Part shown: in pieces, positions 36,735-51,714 of the stretch
Layout of the letters: every line of letters starts with the position of its first letter
Numbering within the stretch: the first letter of the stretch is position 1
DNA from: Octopus vulgaris
Taxonomy: Eukaryota
Direction: 5' to 3'
Assembly: GCA_951406725.2 (NCBI GenBank)
Contig: OX597827.1
Span: forward strand, 52,824,001-52,888,000
DNA: 64,000 nucleotides
Translations under genes and position numbers: made by a program
The notes under the pieces: model-generated
What the model saw: the letters and a program-made list of their open reading frames with translations, nothing else
Databases searched by the model: none
Told to the model about the DNA's origin: nothing

Positions 36735-39284
36735 CTGTAAAAAGAAAAAAACAAAAAATGTTGAGATTATATTTCAAAAATATGTTTGAAAATAGAAATT
36801 ACTGCAAATAAGTGTGTGTGTGGGGGGGGGGGTGTAAAGTGTGTGTGCAAAAAGTTATCTACTCTAACCACTAATATGGTTTCTGTAAAGCCAAATCTAC
36901 TGAGACTTGTGCTTTTATGTTACTCACCAGTCATCCCTTCTTTGGAAAAAATTGCTGAGAAGAATATTATCAAGTATGATAATATTCTCCTCAGCAAAGA
37001 AGAATATTATCAACAAAGCATTTGGCTGTTTTTGGCATGAGTATCTCTGGCTAAGTCACCTCATCTTTTAGTCCAGAAGCTTCTTGTCAAATTAAGTTAT
37101 CACATCATGTTCTAGTGGGATTCTCTATGACTCCCATCTTATCATCTCGAGTGTTTCAAAGGTTTGGTTACATCTTGCACCCTTTTCTTTCTCTAAAACA
37201 ATAACATACTTTCTATCACCTTGAACAACAGCCAATTCTAGGCAAATGACACCACTCTTTCTTATCCCAGACCTTCTGCACCTAGGTATCATCTACAAAC
37301 AACCTAAACACTTCATATTAAATCTGCCCTGTCTTATGGACACAGATTATGGGAACCTTCTCCAAATGGGAATGTATCCAATCTTCTTGTCCTCAATCAC
37401 TGATGATCTTATTGGCAATCTCTCATTTATAGTAGAGCAAAAACTGCATCCTAAAGATTAGCTTTTCTCTTCAAAGCCAGGAACATTTGCTGACTATCTT
37501 TAATGCTCAATATGCAGCTATTACACATACAAATCTCTGAGATCACAGCTAAAAGGAAGCCAACAAACTAGTAAGGAGTCACTTGTCAAGACACTTCCTG
37601 CCTTTTCTATCACTACTACAACAGCTTCTGCTCCTTAGAGACAGCTACTTTCAAACAAGCTCATCCAATACACTCATCTCTCATACTATCCACTCCTCAA
37701 CCCACCAATATTCTCTATTTCTTCCCTAAAACATCAACCCACTGAAATTCCCTTCCATACACCTTTTTCTGCAGTTGTCAACTTACAGTTGTTCAGACTG
37801 AACATCTCATGTTCAAAATCCACTAGTTTCAGAGAGTCTTAGGTTAGACTAAATTATAAAAACTATAAAAATGTCTGTCACCCAAGGCCATCTCCTCCAT
37901 ACTAATGGAAGGAGACACTTTGTGTCCCTTTACAAGAGTAGGTATTGCTACTTATACAGCATTAGAGCATTATGAGAGAACTCATGAAAAGGAATCATAG
38001 ATTGCCAAGCTAAATGATTTACTTTACACATCCATCACAGTGATTGCATCAACTAATGTTGATACCACATCATCTCAAAATACTAAAACAACAAAACAAA
38101 ATGTCATAACAAAAATAGAAAATGTAATATCCATGCTCAAAGACAACCTCTACTCAACCTGACCACCCCAACTGAAAACAAAATACAGTAGTATATTGTT
38201 GAAGAGCTAGTACTTAATTTCAGTTTCTATACATGAAATAGGTGAAAAATCTACCCTTATGTTACCTGAGATGACTGATATCAGTCATCTTAGGTAACCC
38301 TACAGATAATCTTCATCACCACCCCTCATCAGTTTCCTGTAGTTAGCAAACTCAAGAGTATAGAATTATGTGAACTGTTCAAATATGCAGTGAAATAGCT
38401 GTGATTGGTAGACCAAAACCATATACACTAGATTGTCTCACTTCTATTTTGGTTGATAGATCAGCTCCTAATCTACTTGACCAGATACAACAACCATTTT
38501 CATCCATCTGGTAAATATTTTGCTACTTCATACATAGAATATTGAGACAGTCTAGAAAAACATAGAAACAAAACTAAGACAAAGGGCAGAATGCCAATTA
38601 ACAGATTTCATTTCAGTTTACTTTCGTGATTCCAGTAAAAATAGCAATCTCAGTAAAATTAAACCCAATGAGCTGATTGGAAGTCTAGCAAGAGTGGAAA
38701 AATTGGTTTCACAGATAGTTTAGCATCATTAGAATGGTATATATGCTGTTAAGTTGTACCTATTCAGTGCAGAGAAATCAAAACTTCAACACAAGAGCTG
38801 GGCCAAGGTTCCAAGAAAAGAAATGGCAAAATGCCAAAAACTAGCAGCAACAACTGGTAAGAACTTATAAACTAGCTAAAACATAGAGCTTTTATCTTCA
38901 TGTTTATGCAATTTAGCTACGCACAAACAGCAGATATACACAAATCATCATTATCATCATCAACCAGATAATATCTGGTTTAATTTTCATCATCTTGTGA
39001 GTTGTCTAGGCCATACATACACAAACACATACTAACATCTGCATGACATTCAAAAGAACAGTTATACTATGGACCATTATGTTTTATAATATTAATTGCT
39101 AGTAGGGACACAATATATCGTTTAGGAAATATAATATACTACCAAGTATATTAAAGTTTTATAAGTTAATATTGTGTCCTACTTTTTTTAAGTGTATCTC
39201 TATGGATTTTCTATGGAATTTAGACTCAGCATTGAAAGTTATAAAATTTTGTATACAAATATATCTATGTAAACAATGCAATCA

Positions 39285-39960
39285 TCATTTAACATCTTCC
39301 TTCTATGATGGCATAGGTCGGACAGTTTGACAGGAGCTGTACCATGCTTCTGTGTCTGTTTTGGTATGGTCTTTATGGCTGGATGCCTTTTCTAACACCA
39401 ACCATTCCGCAGAGAGTGCAAGGTCAGTTTTGGCATGATTTTTACAGGTAGATGTCTTTCCAAATACCAACCCCTTTACAGTGTACACTGGGTACTTTTT
39501 AAGTAGCACCTGCACTGACAAGGTCACCAAGTAACTTTGTGAGACGATGAATCTTTGAGAGGGGAGGGGGCATTGGAGGAGGTGATCTTGTGTCAGATGA
39601 TGAAAGGTTAGAGTGTGACAGAGTGAGAGAAACAGATTTCTTGCTGTAGAGGAGGTACATGGTTACCCAGTCAAAGAGAAGGAAAGAGAGAGGAAGAAAG
39701 GAGAGAAAGAGAGGAGAGTTAACAAGAATGAGGAGGGCAGAAACAGGTGTGCTGCTGAAGAGGAGGGACATGGTTACCTAGAGAGAGAAGATGAGTTAAC
39801 AAGAAAGAGCTGTGCTGCAGTAAAGGAGATATATGGTTACCCAGTCAGAGATAAGAGCAAGAGGAGGAGAGAGGGAGATTGATCAGGTTTGTTGCTGTAG
39901 AGGAGATATATGATTCCTCAGCCAGAAGGAAGAGCAAGAGAAAGAGAGACAAGAGCAGGA
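39285..39960 (-). mobile_element. RTE-type 3'UTR remnant with internal subrepeats
   Basis: Reverse-oriented tail (ggctggatgccttttctaacaccaacc); gagga...catggttaccca occurs 3-4 times. Confidence 0.5.
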
Positions 39961-40862
39961 GAGGAATGGCAGCAAGTGCCAGGGTATGCTCACAAGGCGG
40001 GCATAGATGGGATGGTAGAGTAAGGAAGTGAGAGCTGATGGTGGCAGGTGCTGGCAGGGTATTGCCAAGAAGTTGCAAGTACGGAGTGGGGGTGGGGAAT
40101 GCTGTAACTAGTGAGAATCTGGGTATATAGAGGGGGAGGGCATAGGGGGAAGCAACAATACAATGATCAGGGTAGTGAGGACTGGATTAGGGAGTGGGAG
40201 ATTAATTATAGTGTATGAAGAGGAAATGTGAGGAAGGGAAGAGAAACAGTTTGGGAAAGGGAGATGTAGTTTGGTTTGTTGGGGTAAGGTGTGTGAAAAT
40301 GTTATTGTTATGTGTGGGTGGAACACAACACTTCTAGAACTCAGGTGCACTGATGTGGAGGGGTCTTGTACATATATGAGTGTGTCTGTGTTTGTCATCC
40401 CACCACCACTTGACAACCACTGTTAGTTTGTTTACATCCCTGTAACTTAACAGTTTAGCAAAAGAGACCCATAGAACAAGTAGCAGACTTTAAAAAAAAA
40501 AATGTCCTGGCATCAGTTTGCTTGACTAAACTCTTCAGGCCACTACTCCAGCATGGCTGTAGTCCAATGACTGAAACAAGCAGAAGATAAAAGATTCTTT
40601 TCTCTAAATAACATAGAAGCCAATCCTAGTTTAACAGATACTGCCTTGTCGTGCTTATCATCATAAATACAATATACCAGTAATTACCTCACTGATTACC
40701 TCATCGTAGTCATGGCTGATGTCAGTGTCATGTAAAAAGCACCAATTACACTCTTGGAGTGGTTAGCATTAGGAAGGGCATCCAGCAGTAGAAACCATGC
40801 CAAATCAGATTGGAACCTGGTATAGCCCTATAGCTTACCAGTTTCAGTCAAATCATCTAACC

Positions 40863-41077
40863 CATGCATGGGCAACCTGTGGTCTGCATGCGGCCTCTGA
40901 ACAAGTTTCTAGGTTACTAATTTCATACTAAGGCAAATAAAATTAAGAAAAATTACAAAAAATTCAGTGTAAAGTGGGCAAGTAATATTTCATGCATATG
41001 TGTCTTATCATACAGCCCTCTTCCACTTAGAAATGGTACGATGCGACCCCTAGTTGACGAAAAGTTGCCCATCCCTG
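40863..41077. mobile_element. hAT-like MITE (215 bp) inserted into an RTE-type tail
   Basis: Perfect 8-bp TSD atctaacc (40855-40862, 41078-41085); TIRs CATGCATGGGCAACCT and rc CAGGGATGGGCAACTT. Confidence 0.88.
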
Positions 41078-42930
41078 ATCTAACCCATGCTAGCATGGAA
41101 AGCAGATGCTAAATGATGATGATGATGATGAACACACAGAGCTGCTCACCATACAAGACAAACACCAACAAAATGCCTACATAGCGTGTGAGAATAATAC
41201 ATGTTCCCATAGGTTGTCAACTGATAAATATCATATTTATTAACAAAGTGTAACAATTTGAGTCATAAGTTCATACTTACACTGAAATTTGTATATTATT
41301 GTATATTATATTTGTTCTGTGGTTTGCAGAGATAAGTTAATGTTAACATATTTAATACATGGAGCATTCTAAACCTAACAGATGAAATAAATATTAGTCA
41401 ATGACTAAAACTTATATTTTCTAGTAAGTACATGAGACAATTCCAGACATGTTTCAGTCTTATTTTGAACTCTTCAGTGAAGCATAGCTTACACCATACT
41501 TAGTGAAATAGTAATGGAAGAATCCATAACTAAAAACCTGCAATGAAAAGCTCAAGTTTTTCAGGAGCAGATTTTGTGATATCACACAGCAATATATTAA
41601 TAAATTAAAAGAGAAATTTAATATATTTTTACATGCATGCACACATACACATGCACACAGAGACACGCAGATACGCACACACACATAGAGAGGTAGGTTT
41701 GAATGAATGACGAAGTAGATGAATGATTTCACAAGTGTTAACTTCACTTTTAAACCTGAGTTCAAATTAGTTGGAATTTGAACTCAAAATGAAACAAACT
41801 GCTGCAGATAATTTAATCTGCCATTGTACTACAACTCAATGTTATCTTTTGAGAGCAGGATATCATAGTGTTTAAAATTTAAAGATGCTTGTTTTTAGAC
41901 TTTTAGCTAGCCCTTGTTTCATACATTCTGAGTAATACAAAGCTTTCTTTTTGTACATCCAAAGCTATTCTGGTGGTTGAAAAAATTGGGAATATGATAC
42001 ATGGATGTCAAGGAAATATTTCTTGTTTATCACATGTGATACACAGGACAAGCAAGGGTTAGAAAAAAATCACAATCTACAGTTTATAGGAATGAAAGTA
42101 AATATTTATTTTCAATGTAATTTCAAAATGTTCCTTCCTTAATAAACTAATTCAGGGAGTCATTTAATCTTGGAATTAATAGTTGTATTTTAAATGAAAA
42201 AAGAAAAAAAGAGAAATCATTCAGAATTAATTTTTAATTCAATAATTATCAGTGAAAATTGCCTTACACCAACCACACATTCTCTTATAATCCTGCACAT
42301 TCCAATTTGGTATTGTTGTCATTTTCTTGGTAATTGAAGTGTATGAGAAGATTAGTAAACAATATTGAAACAAACAACATATTATAATGTCTTTGATAGT
42401 CTGATATTTAAAAGAGGAAAGACATATTTCTAGAATTGCTTCGTTTTTTTTTAAGAGCAGGAATGCAAAGAATTTAGCCTAGTTCCATGAGTTGCTTTGT
42501 TTATATAAATATCTTTACCTTTTAATAATAGAGTTGAAATGCATCTTCTCACAGTTTTCTGTTGTCTTTATAAACATATTCCTTTGTCATATGACAATGA
42601 ATTAATGCATGTCCAGAAAACTGTTGTTGCTACTGCTGTTGTCTATTGAATACATCAAAATGGGTAGACTGCAAAACTGCTGCTTGCTACCCCTTATCAA
42701 ATACCAATTTCTTAGAACAATATTTCTGCTGCTAATATATTTTCTTGGCAAGCTAAATCAACAAAGTGGTCTCAGTTTTCAACCACTTACATCACTAATA
42801 CTTTGGAGAAAGGTAAAATTTAACAACTTTCTATTTCTTTAAAAACTTAGGATTTCCTAACAATTGAACTTTATTTCTCACTGATTTTAAAAATCAATAC
42901 ATCTACTAATTCAAGCCACTTTAACTATAA

Positions 42931-43148
42931 TAAACCCCTTTGGTATCAGCTTGCCTGAGCCCACCCTTAGTTCTGTGATACAAACTTCCTTTTTTTTAAA
43001 ATGATCTAAGTTAAAATCTTCCATCAAGATTTCATGTTAATCTATGTTTCCAACACCAGCTTGATTATGACAAACCTATGTAACTGAAATCTTCATTATT
43101 TTCAAAATTAATTGAAACAAAAGCAGTGTATTTCAGCAGAAAGGTTAA
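42931..43148. mobile_element. piggyBac-like MITE, decayed
   Basis: taaacccctttggtatc...aaaggttaa; internal match to the 14201 and 43374 copies. Confidence 0.6.
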
Positions 43149-43373
43149 CCTAACGACATCTCAATTAACGGGAAAACTAAAAGACAAAAGCCTGATTTCT
43201 TCAGATTTCTAGTCACCAGGTTTTCAAGGAATGTCTGCAGGTTTGTGGCATTTATTCTCACAAATCAAATATATTAGTTTTGACAGCACAACTAGATAAA
43301 ATGATCAAGAGTTGAAGACATCTGAAAATGAACCATATCTGTATCCACTTTCAGACTTTTTTCTTTGCTTTAA

Positions 43374-43594
43374 CCCTTTTGTTACTAACCTGGCTGAAAC
43401 CGACCCTAGCTCTGTAGTACAAATGTCTTGTTTTCATAAGTTTTGAATTAAAATCTTTCACCAAACCTTAGTCACAATTAATGTTCCTAACACTAACTTA
43501 ATGATAACTAAGTTATTTTACTAAATTCTTTGTTATATTTAAAATAATTGAGAGAAAAACAGAGAATCTCAAAATAAATACAGTAATGAAAGGG
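43374..43594. mobile_element. piggyBac-like MITE with TTAA TSD
   Basis: ttaa|cccttttgttact ... agtaatgaaaggg|ttaa. Confidence 0.85.
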
Positions 43595-44277
43595 TTAAGA
43601 CAGAAAAAGTCACTTATGAGGAAGTCACTGGGATACAAGTAAAATTGAATAGTCGACTTGAAGAATTATAAAAATTGCATTCTAAAATTTCAAAATTTGC
43701 TAAACGAATAAATAAAATAAATCAAAATTTTCAAATTAAATAGGTAATATCCTTCCATTTAAACAGAACAATTGTATCTGTTTTCTGTTCTCAATACTTA
43801 TAAGTTTTGGCAAACTGTGACAAATTCCATTTTGCAGCATGAATGGTAACAGTCAATGGCTGTCCATACAAGCTTTGAAGCACAAACAGATAAGCTCACA
43901 TGTATGCAAATAGACTGACTCACAAATAAACACACTTCAAAAATCATTCAAGTTGAAAGTATCAATACATACAAATTATTAATGTTTGGACAATTTCAAC
44001 ATACATTGGTATTCATGAATCACCTCTATACTCATCACTGTGTGCAGTAGGGATAGTGTCTGTTAGTGATTGCATGTGAATCAGTGTGTATGCATGTTTG
44101 TATGCATGCATGCGTGCATACATACATACATGTTATATATATAATATGCGATAGCATAACTGTTAACTAATGCTTAGAAATCCATGTAAATCCAGTATAT
44201 CCAAATTTCACATATTAAGCATAATTTGTCCAAGTTTTTCTTATAGTATAATAACATTTGAATAATTTACAGAGTGT

Positions 44278-44420
44278 ATATCTGAGAGTAGAATAAAACT
44301 GGATATTTAGTTAAACTCTTTATTATAGCATCATAAATTATATTACCATGATTATGTAATTTATGATGTTATAATAAAAAGTTTAACTAAATCTCCTATT
44401 TTATTCTCCTCTAGAGATAT
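44278..44420. repeat. AT-rich palindrome (about 60-bp arms)
   Basis: agaataaaa..gga.atttagttaaact.tttattata.catcataaatta mirrored around about 44348. Confidence 0.8.
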
Positions 44421-46261
44421 GTCTTTGATATTATTTACAAAGATACATGTTTATTATGGACTTCCAGTAACATATGCACAATGATATACAATAACTTCTT
44501 TTATACTGTCCCCAGCCAGATTGAAGTGTTCATGACTGGACTACAATTTATGTGCATGTGCAAACACAAGTAACATCGCATTTGAATTTCTACTTTGCAA
44601 ACGCTGCATGTTTCAATATTTATGCACTTTTGTTTGCTATATTTGTGTTCTATAAGCCATTCAAAAATTTGTATTGCCTTTTTTTTTTTTTTTTTTTTAC
44701 ATATTTATTATCTTTTAATAGTAAGTGCTTTCTTCCTGCTTCCTTACTACTACTAATATTTTGTTTTAAGCCTGTTTCAGTTGCTGACAACAAGTTGTGT
44801 TGAAACTTTTTGGGTAGTAGGATTCACTCTTATTATTATAGTTTATGTTTCATTGTCTTTTTTTCAGTTGATACTCTTAATTTATCCATCATTGCTTTTT
44901 AATATTAATTGCATGTTCTATTAACAACTGCATCAACATTTCATCTGCTTTAAATTTTACATTTTCAACTGTTGTATGCTTTGCTGTGTTTTACTAAAAA
45001 TTAAGATTTCATTGCTTTAACAACAGGAAATGTACTTTTAGTATTTTTCTTTTCAAAGTAAGTAATACTAAGATTACATTGCTAATAAATACCTACATAT
45101 TGGCATGCTTTGCTTCACTTTCATTTTATATGTAACAATATTTGATTATATAATTGCATGTTATATATGAACAAACAATACACTGCTTTCATTCAGTTTG
45201 TATCAAAAGGATAACAATAATGTGAATGGGATGAGCTTAATTTTTCACTACACATAAATGTAGATAGGATAATGGTATATGAATTGTTACACTTTAAATG
45301 CTCAAAACCTAAGCAAATATTCTATTCTAATTTTAGAATGTATTAACAAGATCCTTACGTTAATACCAAGAACTTTTCAAATAATGTATGATTTCATCTT
45401 ATTTATCTTAGTAGTAATCTAGAGAGAAATGTGAATATTGATGTTAGAGTATACAGCCAGATAGCCAAAAGGTAGACTTCTCAGGCTGCATTAAAAAATC
45501 TGAGACCACAGGCAAGTCAAGTTTATTACTAAACTGAACATGTGTCATTCAGCTGTTCTCATCTCATTTCTGCATTGAAGAAGCATCTACATGGTTGCTA
45601 GACCAACCAGACTAGTTAGCAAGAGAGCTGCTATGTGATAGCTCAACCTGCTACATATAGCAACCAAACCTCCTGCACATCACACTCTACTAACTTTTAA
45701 AAAACCTTAAAAAAAAAAGGACAAATCTGAATGATAAAAAAAAAAAAGATAATCATAATTGGAATGTCTATGATCATAGGTCTACTGGATTAGAGCTGAT
45801 CTAGGACTGATTAGGACACATGCTAAACTGTATAAACACTCTCCAACAGCTTGTCTCCACACAATATATAATCTTCATCAGAATTAATATACAGAGAAGC
45901 ATCATCTTGCATCACTATTTTTAATTAGATGAGTAAGACAAATTGTTTGTAGGCCTCATAGACATCTACCAATATAATGATTGTAAGGAAAATATATACT
46001 TAGAAAAGTAATCTAAGGGGGGTTACGAAGAGCACTTGCTGAGGAGAATTTTTCATAGCAACCTTAACTTAGAGCTGCTGATGAACAAAAGTGCATGAAA
46101 GCACAATAGAAGTGAGCTGCCTGCAGGGAAGGGGCCCAACAGAAGCTTAACTTTTATCAATATGAGAATATATTACAGGAAGAAAGTTTCTTACATAGAT
46201 TGGTAATAGTTATCATCATTGGTTATTCTCTTTAATACAACTGCATCACTCCCTCAGTTAA

Positions 46262-46479
46262 CCCTTTCATTACTATATTTCTGCTCAAATTTACTCCCTC
46301 TGCGTCAATTAATTTTAAAATTAAGAATTTAGTAAAATAATTTTATCATTATTAAGATGGTGCTTAGAACTTAAATTAGCATGAAATTTTCATGGAAGAT
46401 TTTAATTCAGATCACTTTATAACAAGGTATCTGTGTCCTAGAACCTGGGGTAGTCTTAGGCAGGTTAATAACAAAAGGG
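46262..46479. mobile_element. piggyBac-like MITE with TTAA TSD
   Basis: ttaa|ccctttcattact ... aataacaaaaggg|ttaa. Confidence 0.8.
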
Positions 46480-46834
46480 TTAAGTAGGGAAGTGAGCTTG
46501 CCCTCCACTTACATTCAGGCATGAAATAATGCATATTATAAGTAATAGAGGGAAGGTAGTCAGAACCATTAGGGTATCAAATAAAATGTCAAGTGGCATT
46601 TCTTTGGTTCTTTATGGTCTGAATTTTTATCCCACCAAGGTTAACTTTGCCTGTTATCCTTCCAGAGTTGATAAAATAAAGTACCAGTCAAGTACTGGGT
46701 TGATGTAATCAACTTGCTCCCTCTCTTCAAAACTACTGGCTGCTTTGTATCAAAGTTAAAAAGAATTATAGGTAGCAAGATGATGATGATGATGATGATA
46801 ATTATGAAAAATAATAAATTTTATGTGAGTGCAA

Positions 46835-46866
<32 letters not shown>

Positions 46867-49800
46867 CATCAACTGGTAAGGCTACAGGCTGCACCTAGCT
46901 CTATTGTCAGTTCTGGCATGGTTTCTATGGCTGGATGCCCTTCCTAACACCAACCACTCCACAGAGTGTACTGGGTACTTTTTATGTCGGACTAGCATTG
47001 ATATCAATTCTGCTGTAACAGACAGGTCTTTTTGAGTACAGCATGGCAATAGATTATATATATATATATATATATATACATATATAATTAGAATTCTAGG
47101 CAATTTTAAATGAAACAAAACTATATGGCTATAAGTTGTTGTTAACTCCAAATCCACCCTTATCAGGTAAACTCAAGACATTCATTCATGACAATAGAGT
47201 ATGACCTGAAAAAGATTTGGTGTTTGTGTAGACTCCTTCATTGGTCTAATTACACAGTAAGTTGTGGATATTGTTTAGGCCCTAGTCAGTCCCATTTAAG
47301 CAGAATTATATTCAGAGACATTCCATCTTTTGGGTATATATCAGACTACATAGATCAATGTACCTGTATTTTCTGAGATAGCAGGGTGTGATTTAAGGGA
47401 ATAAGGTTTCTACCAGGTAAAACCACCAAACCATCCTGGGCCTCCCTGGCTGGCTCATGCAATTACAGGATCAGTTAGTGTGTAGATAAATATTTAACTG
47501 ATGCACAATTTATAAATGATATTAAAACTTATCAATAAAACAAGTTTCTAAGGATACTTTCAATGTCTTGTTATGTGGATAAAATATGTATCTCAATGAA
47601 ATGAAAGACCCAGAAAAAATATAAAGAAAAGAAATTCCTGTCTTATAGCAGTAAATATATTATAATTAAACAGTTACTTAGACAACAAAGAAAGTGATGT
47701 TCATAACAACTCCATTTTCTTGTTTAGGTTTGGTGTGGTGCCAGATAATACAAGGTTGCTTTGTAATCAAAGGTCACAGTATTTTTGTTTCATTCCTAAA
47801 TGCTGGATATTTTTCCAGCATTGCTCATTTATTATTTTATTATTCCTCCACCTTTTCATCTCCAAATGTATTTGGATAGTGTTGTGGTGTTTTCTAAGTG
47901 ATGGTGACAGAATGAATTGTTGTATTGGTGTAGATGACAAAAGAATGTGTGATATCTCAGTCCTATGTAGCTAGTCAAGATGTTTCAGGACACTTTTGCA
48001 CAATACACAAACCGCTTTGTTCCCAGTGGGCAGAATTCTGCATTTATGCACTTATCTATAACATGAGCATCTAAACTGGAGTGGCAAGACATTCTTTCTC
48101 TCACATTTATTAACAAAATGACTGTTATGGGCACAATTTCCCCCAAATGTTCAATAAACCAATAGAGGAATTACTTCGTAACAATCTAAAACCTGCAAAT
48201 AGTAGTCAAATCTCTCACAACCATCTAAAAACAAACAGTACAATTTACAAAGAACCCAGTATAGAGTGCCTTTAATCACATAATTACTTGATCAGGTCTC
48301 ACATAAAGCTGAAGAATTACATGACATCTGTTCAATAACAACAACGTTAACAATAACAATGTTAGTGTGAGAATGAAATGTTGACAATATGAAAGTATAG
48401 ATTAATTATCAGACAGTTTGCAACTAATATACACTGAATCACATTGGCATACATTCATGGAGAGAAGCTTATGAACAAACTTTGTTTAAAATGCCAGGCT
48501 TAATCTGACAAAGTATTTTGAAATTTTCACATTTTGTACAAATCTGATTAAGGCCTTTCCCACCTAACTCATATCAGTTTCCATGGAAATTGATATCCTA
48601 TCCAAAATTTAAACCTAAACCAATTTCTCTTGGTTGAGTCACAAACATTACTTTACACATGACTCACTTAGTTTTCTTCATACCAACTAAAACAGATGGA
48701 TTGACAGAGAAGGTAAAAGATTAGCATCCATTATAATAATAATTGTAAAATATGTAGCGTAGGAATCTAGCCATATATATTTCTTCTCTCCTCTAACTTA
48801 TTCTGTTTTTAACCAGGCTAGAATTTAATCTTAATTAATAAGCTATTTAATGCCCATTACCTCACCTACTGAACTGTATACCCTCCTGAGAACTTACCTA
48901 GTACCTGAGAACTTAGGTCCAGACACTAATTAGCCTATCATGACAAGTGCCCTTGGAAGGTGAGCATCTTTCTCTAGATACCTCATACACACTATCACAT
49001 TTCCAGCTACCTCAAACTGTCACTATAAAGTTCTTCCCTCTACCGTTTATAATGGGGACAATTTCTTATACTCAGCAGGTTTAGACTGATAGCTCACATG
49101 GTAGTTAAAGCCATTTTGGACATCATAGATATGTGTTTTTACAGAGGTGGTGTAAGAGACCAAATAAACCCAAGAGTATATAGAACAGATTCGGCTTTAA
49201 TTGTGTGGAGGGTACAGGGACTATACAAACTGAAGTGAAGTCAATCTGTTTGAAAAGCAGGAATTCTGGATAAAAACTGATACTGAGTAGAGAGGACACT
49301 GATCAAAATGTGCCAATGTGAGATTTTATATTAGCTATAACTAAACCTCTCCTCTACTACATCATGGAGGCAGGCATTTTTCACAATGGCATTAGCCAAT
49401 GTGAAGGTGATCCATTTCTAGAGTTGAAGATGAGCACAACAAACAAACTTAGTATAGAAATAGGCCTCTAATCATGTGAAGTAAATGTAAACTCCATGAG
49501 TCACAATAAAAACAACCTATCAAGGAGAGCAATAACTGAATAAAAAATAAATAAAGAGTAGAGGGAACTCTTTAGTCACATCATAGACTATTTCTTTAGT
49601 GCTAGGGAACAAGAAAGTTTACCCAGTCTATGTTGTAAAGTAATCGACAATAAGATTATTCAGGTGTAAAATTCATGTAAAAAAACAGACAACAAAGATT
49701 GACACTTTTCTGTTTTGCTGCATATGTCTGATGACAAAGGACAGTGACAAATTGTAGCATGCTGTGAAATCTGTCTAATTCATGCTAGCGTGGAAAGCAA

Positions 49801-50458
49801 ATATAGAATTAAACAAATCTACTTGGGTTGATTTGTTTGAAGAATGTATATTCAAATAGTACAACTATTATATACAATTCTTCAGAATTTATATTTCAAA
49901 TTCTCTGTTCTGTTTATATGAAAAGAAATGAGAGTGAGGAAGAAACAAAACTCTCCCAAAATATGAAAATAGGTCTATAAAGAAGCAAGAAGAAAAAGTG
50001 GTGGGGGTAGATGAAAAGGATGGTAACAGATAGAACAGAATGAAATAAAAAGAAGTATTAGAAGAGAGATCCAGAAACATAAACAGACAGTGAAAAGAAA
50101 TCCAGATGTAGAAACCGAGACATGATGAGAAGAGAGATACAGAATGAAAATTATTGAGAGAACAGCCAGATACACAGATGGAAAGATAGTTGGCTATATT
50201 CTCCTAGCATTGCAGTCAAAAGCTACTTGATAGTACTTTTTAGTAAGAGCATTTACTAATGAGGTGTGTAAAACTTCAGAGAGGAATTTTGGATTATCCA
50301 AAATATCCTTGGTCATTTCAAAACATTAGAACCCTAATTATAAAACTAAGAAAATAAAAGGCAAGAGCTTAATAATATATCAGTTAACTATAAAATTGAA
50401 TAAAACTTAGTGAGACTTGTGATTTTAGTCAGGGAACAATAGCATGGAGCTGATGGGA

Positions 50459-50675
50459 TTAACACTTTAAGCATTTAAATCAGCCATATCTGGCCCAAAT
50501 ATTCTACTTGTTCAAACTGACCAAATCTGGCCTCTCACAGACCAACAATGTCATTCTCAAAATAAACAATCACATTGAAATTTCAGAACTATGATATAAT
50601 GCATGATTAATTCAAAACAATGTGAATAAATAAGCATTACATTTGACAAAGTAATCTGAATGCTAATGGGATTAA
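50459..50675. mobile_element. Second TTAA-flanked MITE family, decayed
   Basis: ttaacactttaagcattt ... gaatgctaatgggattaa. Confidence 0.55.
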
Positions 50676-51714
50676 ACAACTGAGTCAGCTAATTTTTTTT
50701 AAAGAAAATCATTTAAAACAACATTGCAGGCCGTGACTCTAACAAAAGTGGACAGTCTTGTTTTTCTTTCATTTTTTCTATGTTTTGTTTAGCTACCTAT
50801 AATAATGGTTGAAGAGACATTGGGTTTGCGTTAGCCTGTCTCTGTCCAGAGAAAATATATAAAATATGATGTATTTATTAAGTGCCACATAGAATATATA
50901 CACTGAAGAGAAAAAATATGCAACTAAAAAGATTCACAGTAATTTCACAGATAATATGCAACCCCCTAATTTCCTGTGACATATTGAGGCACTAAAGTAA
51001 ACTTACCTATAGTAAGAGCTAGATATAAAATGAAGTGGGGAAGTTCCTAGTGACCTGAACCAGTTTTGAAAAGATATAAACATGATTCATATTTCCTCTC
51101 TCCTATAATTTTTTGATTTCATGTCTATCCGAAGAAAGTAATATGAAACAACTCAGACAGTTTGCATTCCGTTGTAAACTACCTGAGATAGTATGATAGA
51201 ACAATAATAAAGAACATGTACACTCAAGAAAGAAGAAAAGTACAACCAAGAAGAAACACTATAGTTTCAAGGTTAATAATGTTATCCTCTCATTTTACAG
51301 ATTAAGGTACTGAAGTTAATTCTCTGGAACTTCAATACTAACCAATTATAGAAGTTGAAGCTAAACATCAGCTGCATTGAAGTCTAGAAGGAACCTGCAA
51401 AGGCTTTATGTACTGTCCCAGTACTCCATTTGAGCCCCATGCAGCAATATACCAATCCAGTACAGGGTTCAATTCTTCTCTCTTTCTTTTGAGAAGAAAT
51501 TGGCTATGATCAGACCTGGAAAGGGATGGGCTCCACTGAGTTTAAATGCCAAAGACATGTCATGATAGTGCCCCTACAACTCCATAAGGAGACAAGGGCC
51601 CAAAGTAAGGCAAGGCACTGTGATGTAGAAGAAAGCTGCAATTGATGAGAATGTTATAACTTTCACAGTTACACTGAAATTTGCTCTGGAGTTTAAGTAT
51701 TCTGTATTCGTTAA

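Noticed and set aside
36900-38900. Coding-like texture upstream of the giant exon
   Set aside because: No sustained ORF or consistent splice sites; likely old retroelement debris, family not identifiable.
51001-51056. Consensus donor AG|GTAAGT with nearby acceptor on the minus strand
   Set aside because: Short, two of three frames closed, no supporting coding signal.
51300-51700. Possible Gypsy RT remnant (PYG...FGI-like)
   Set aside because: Too degraded to support by eye.
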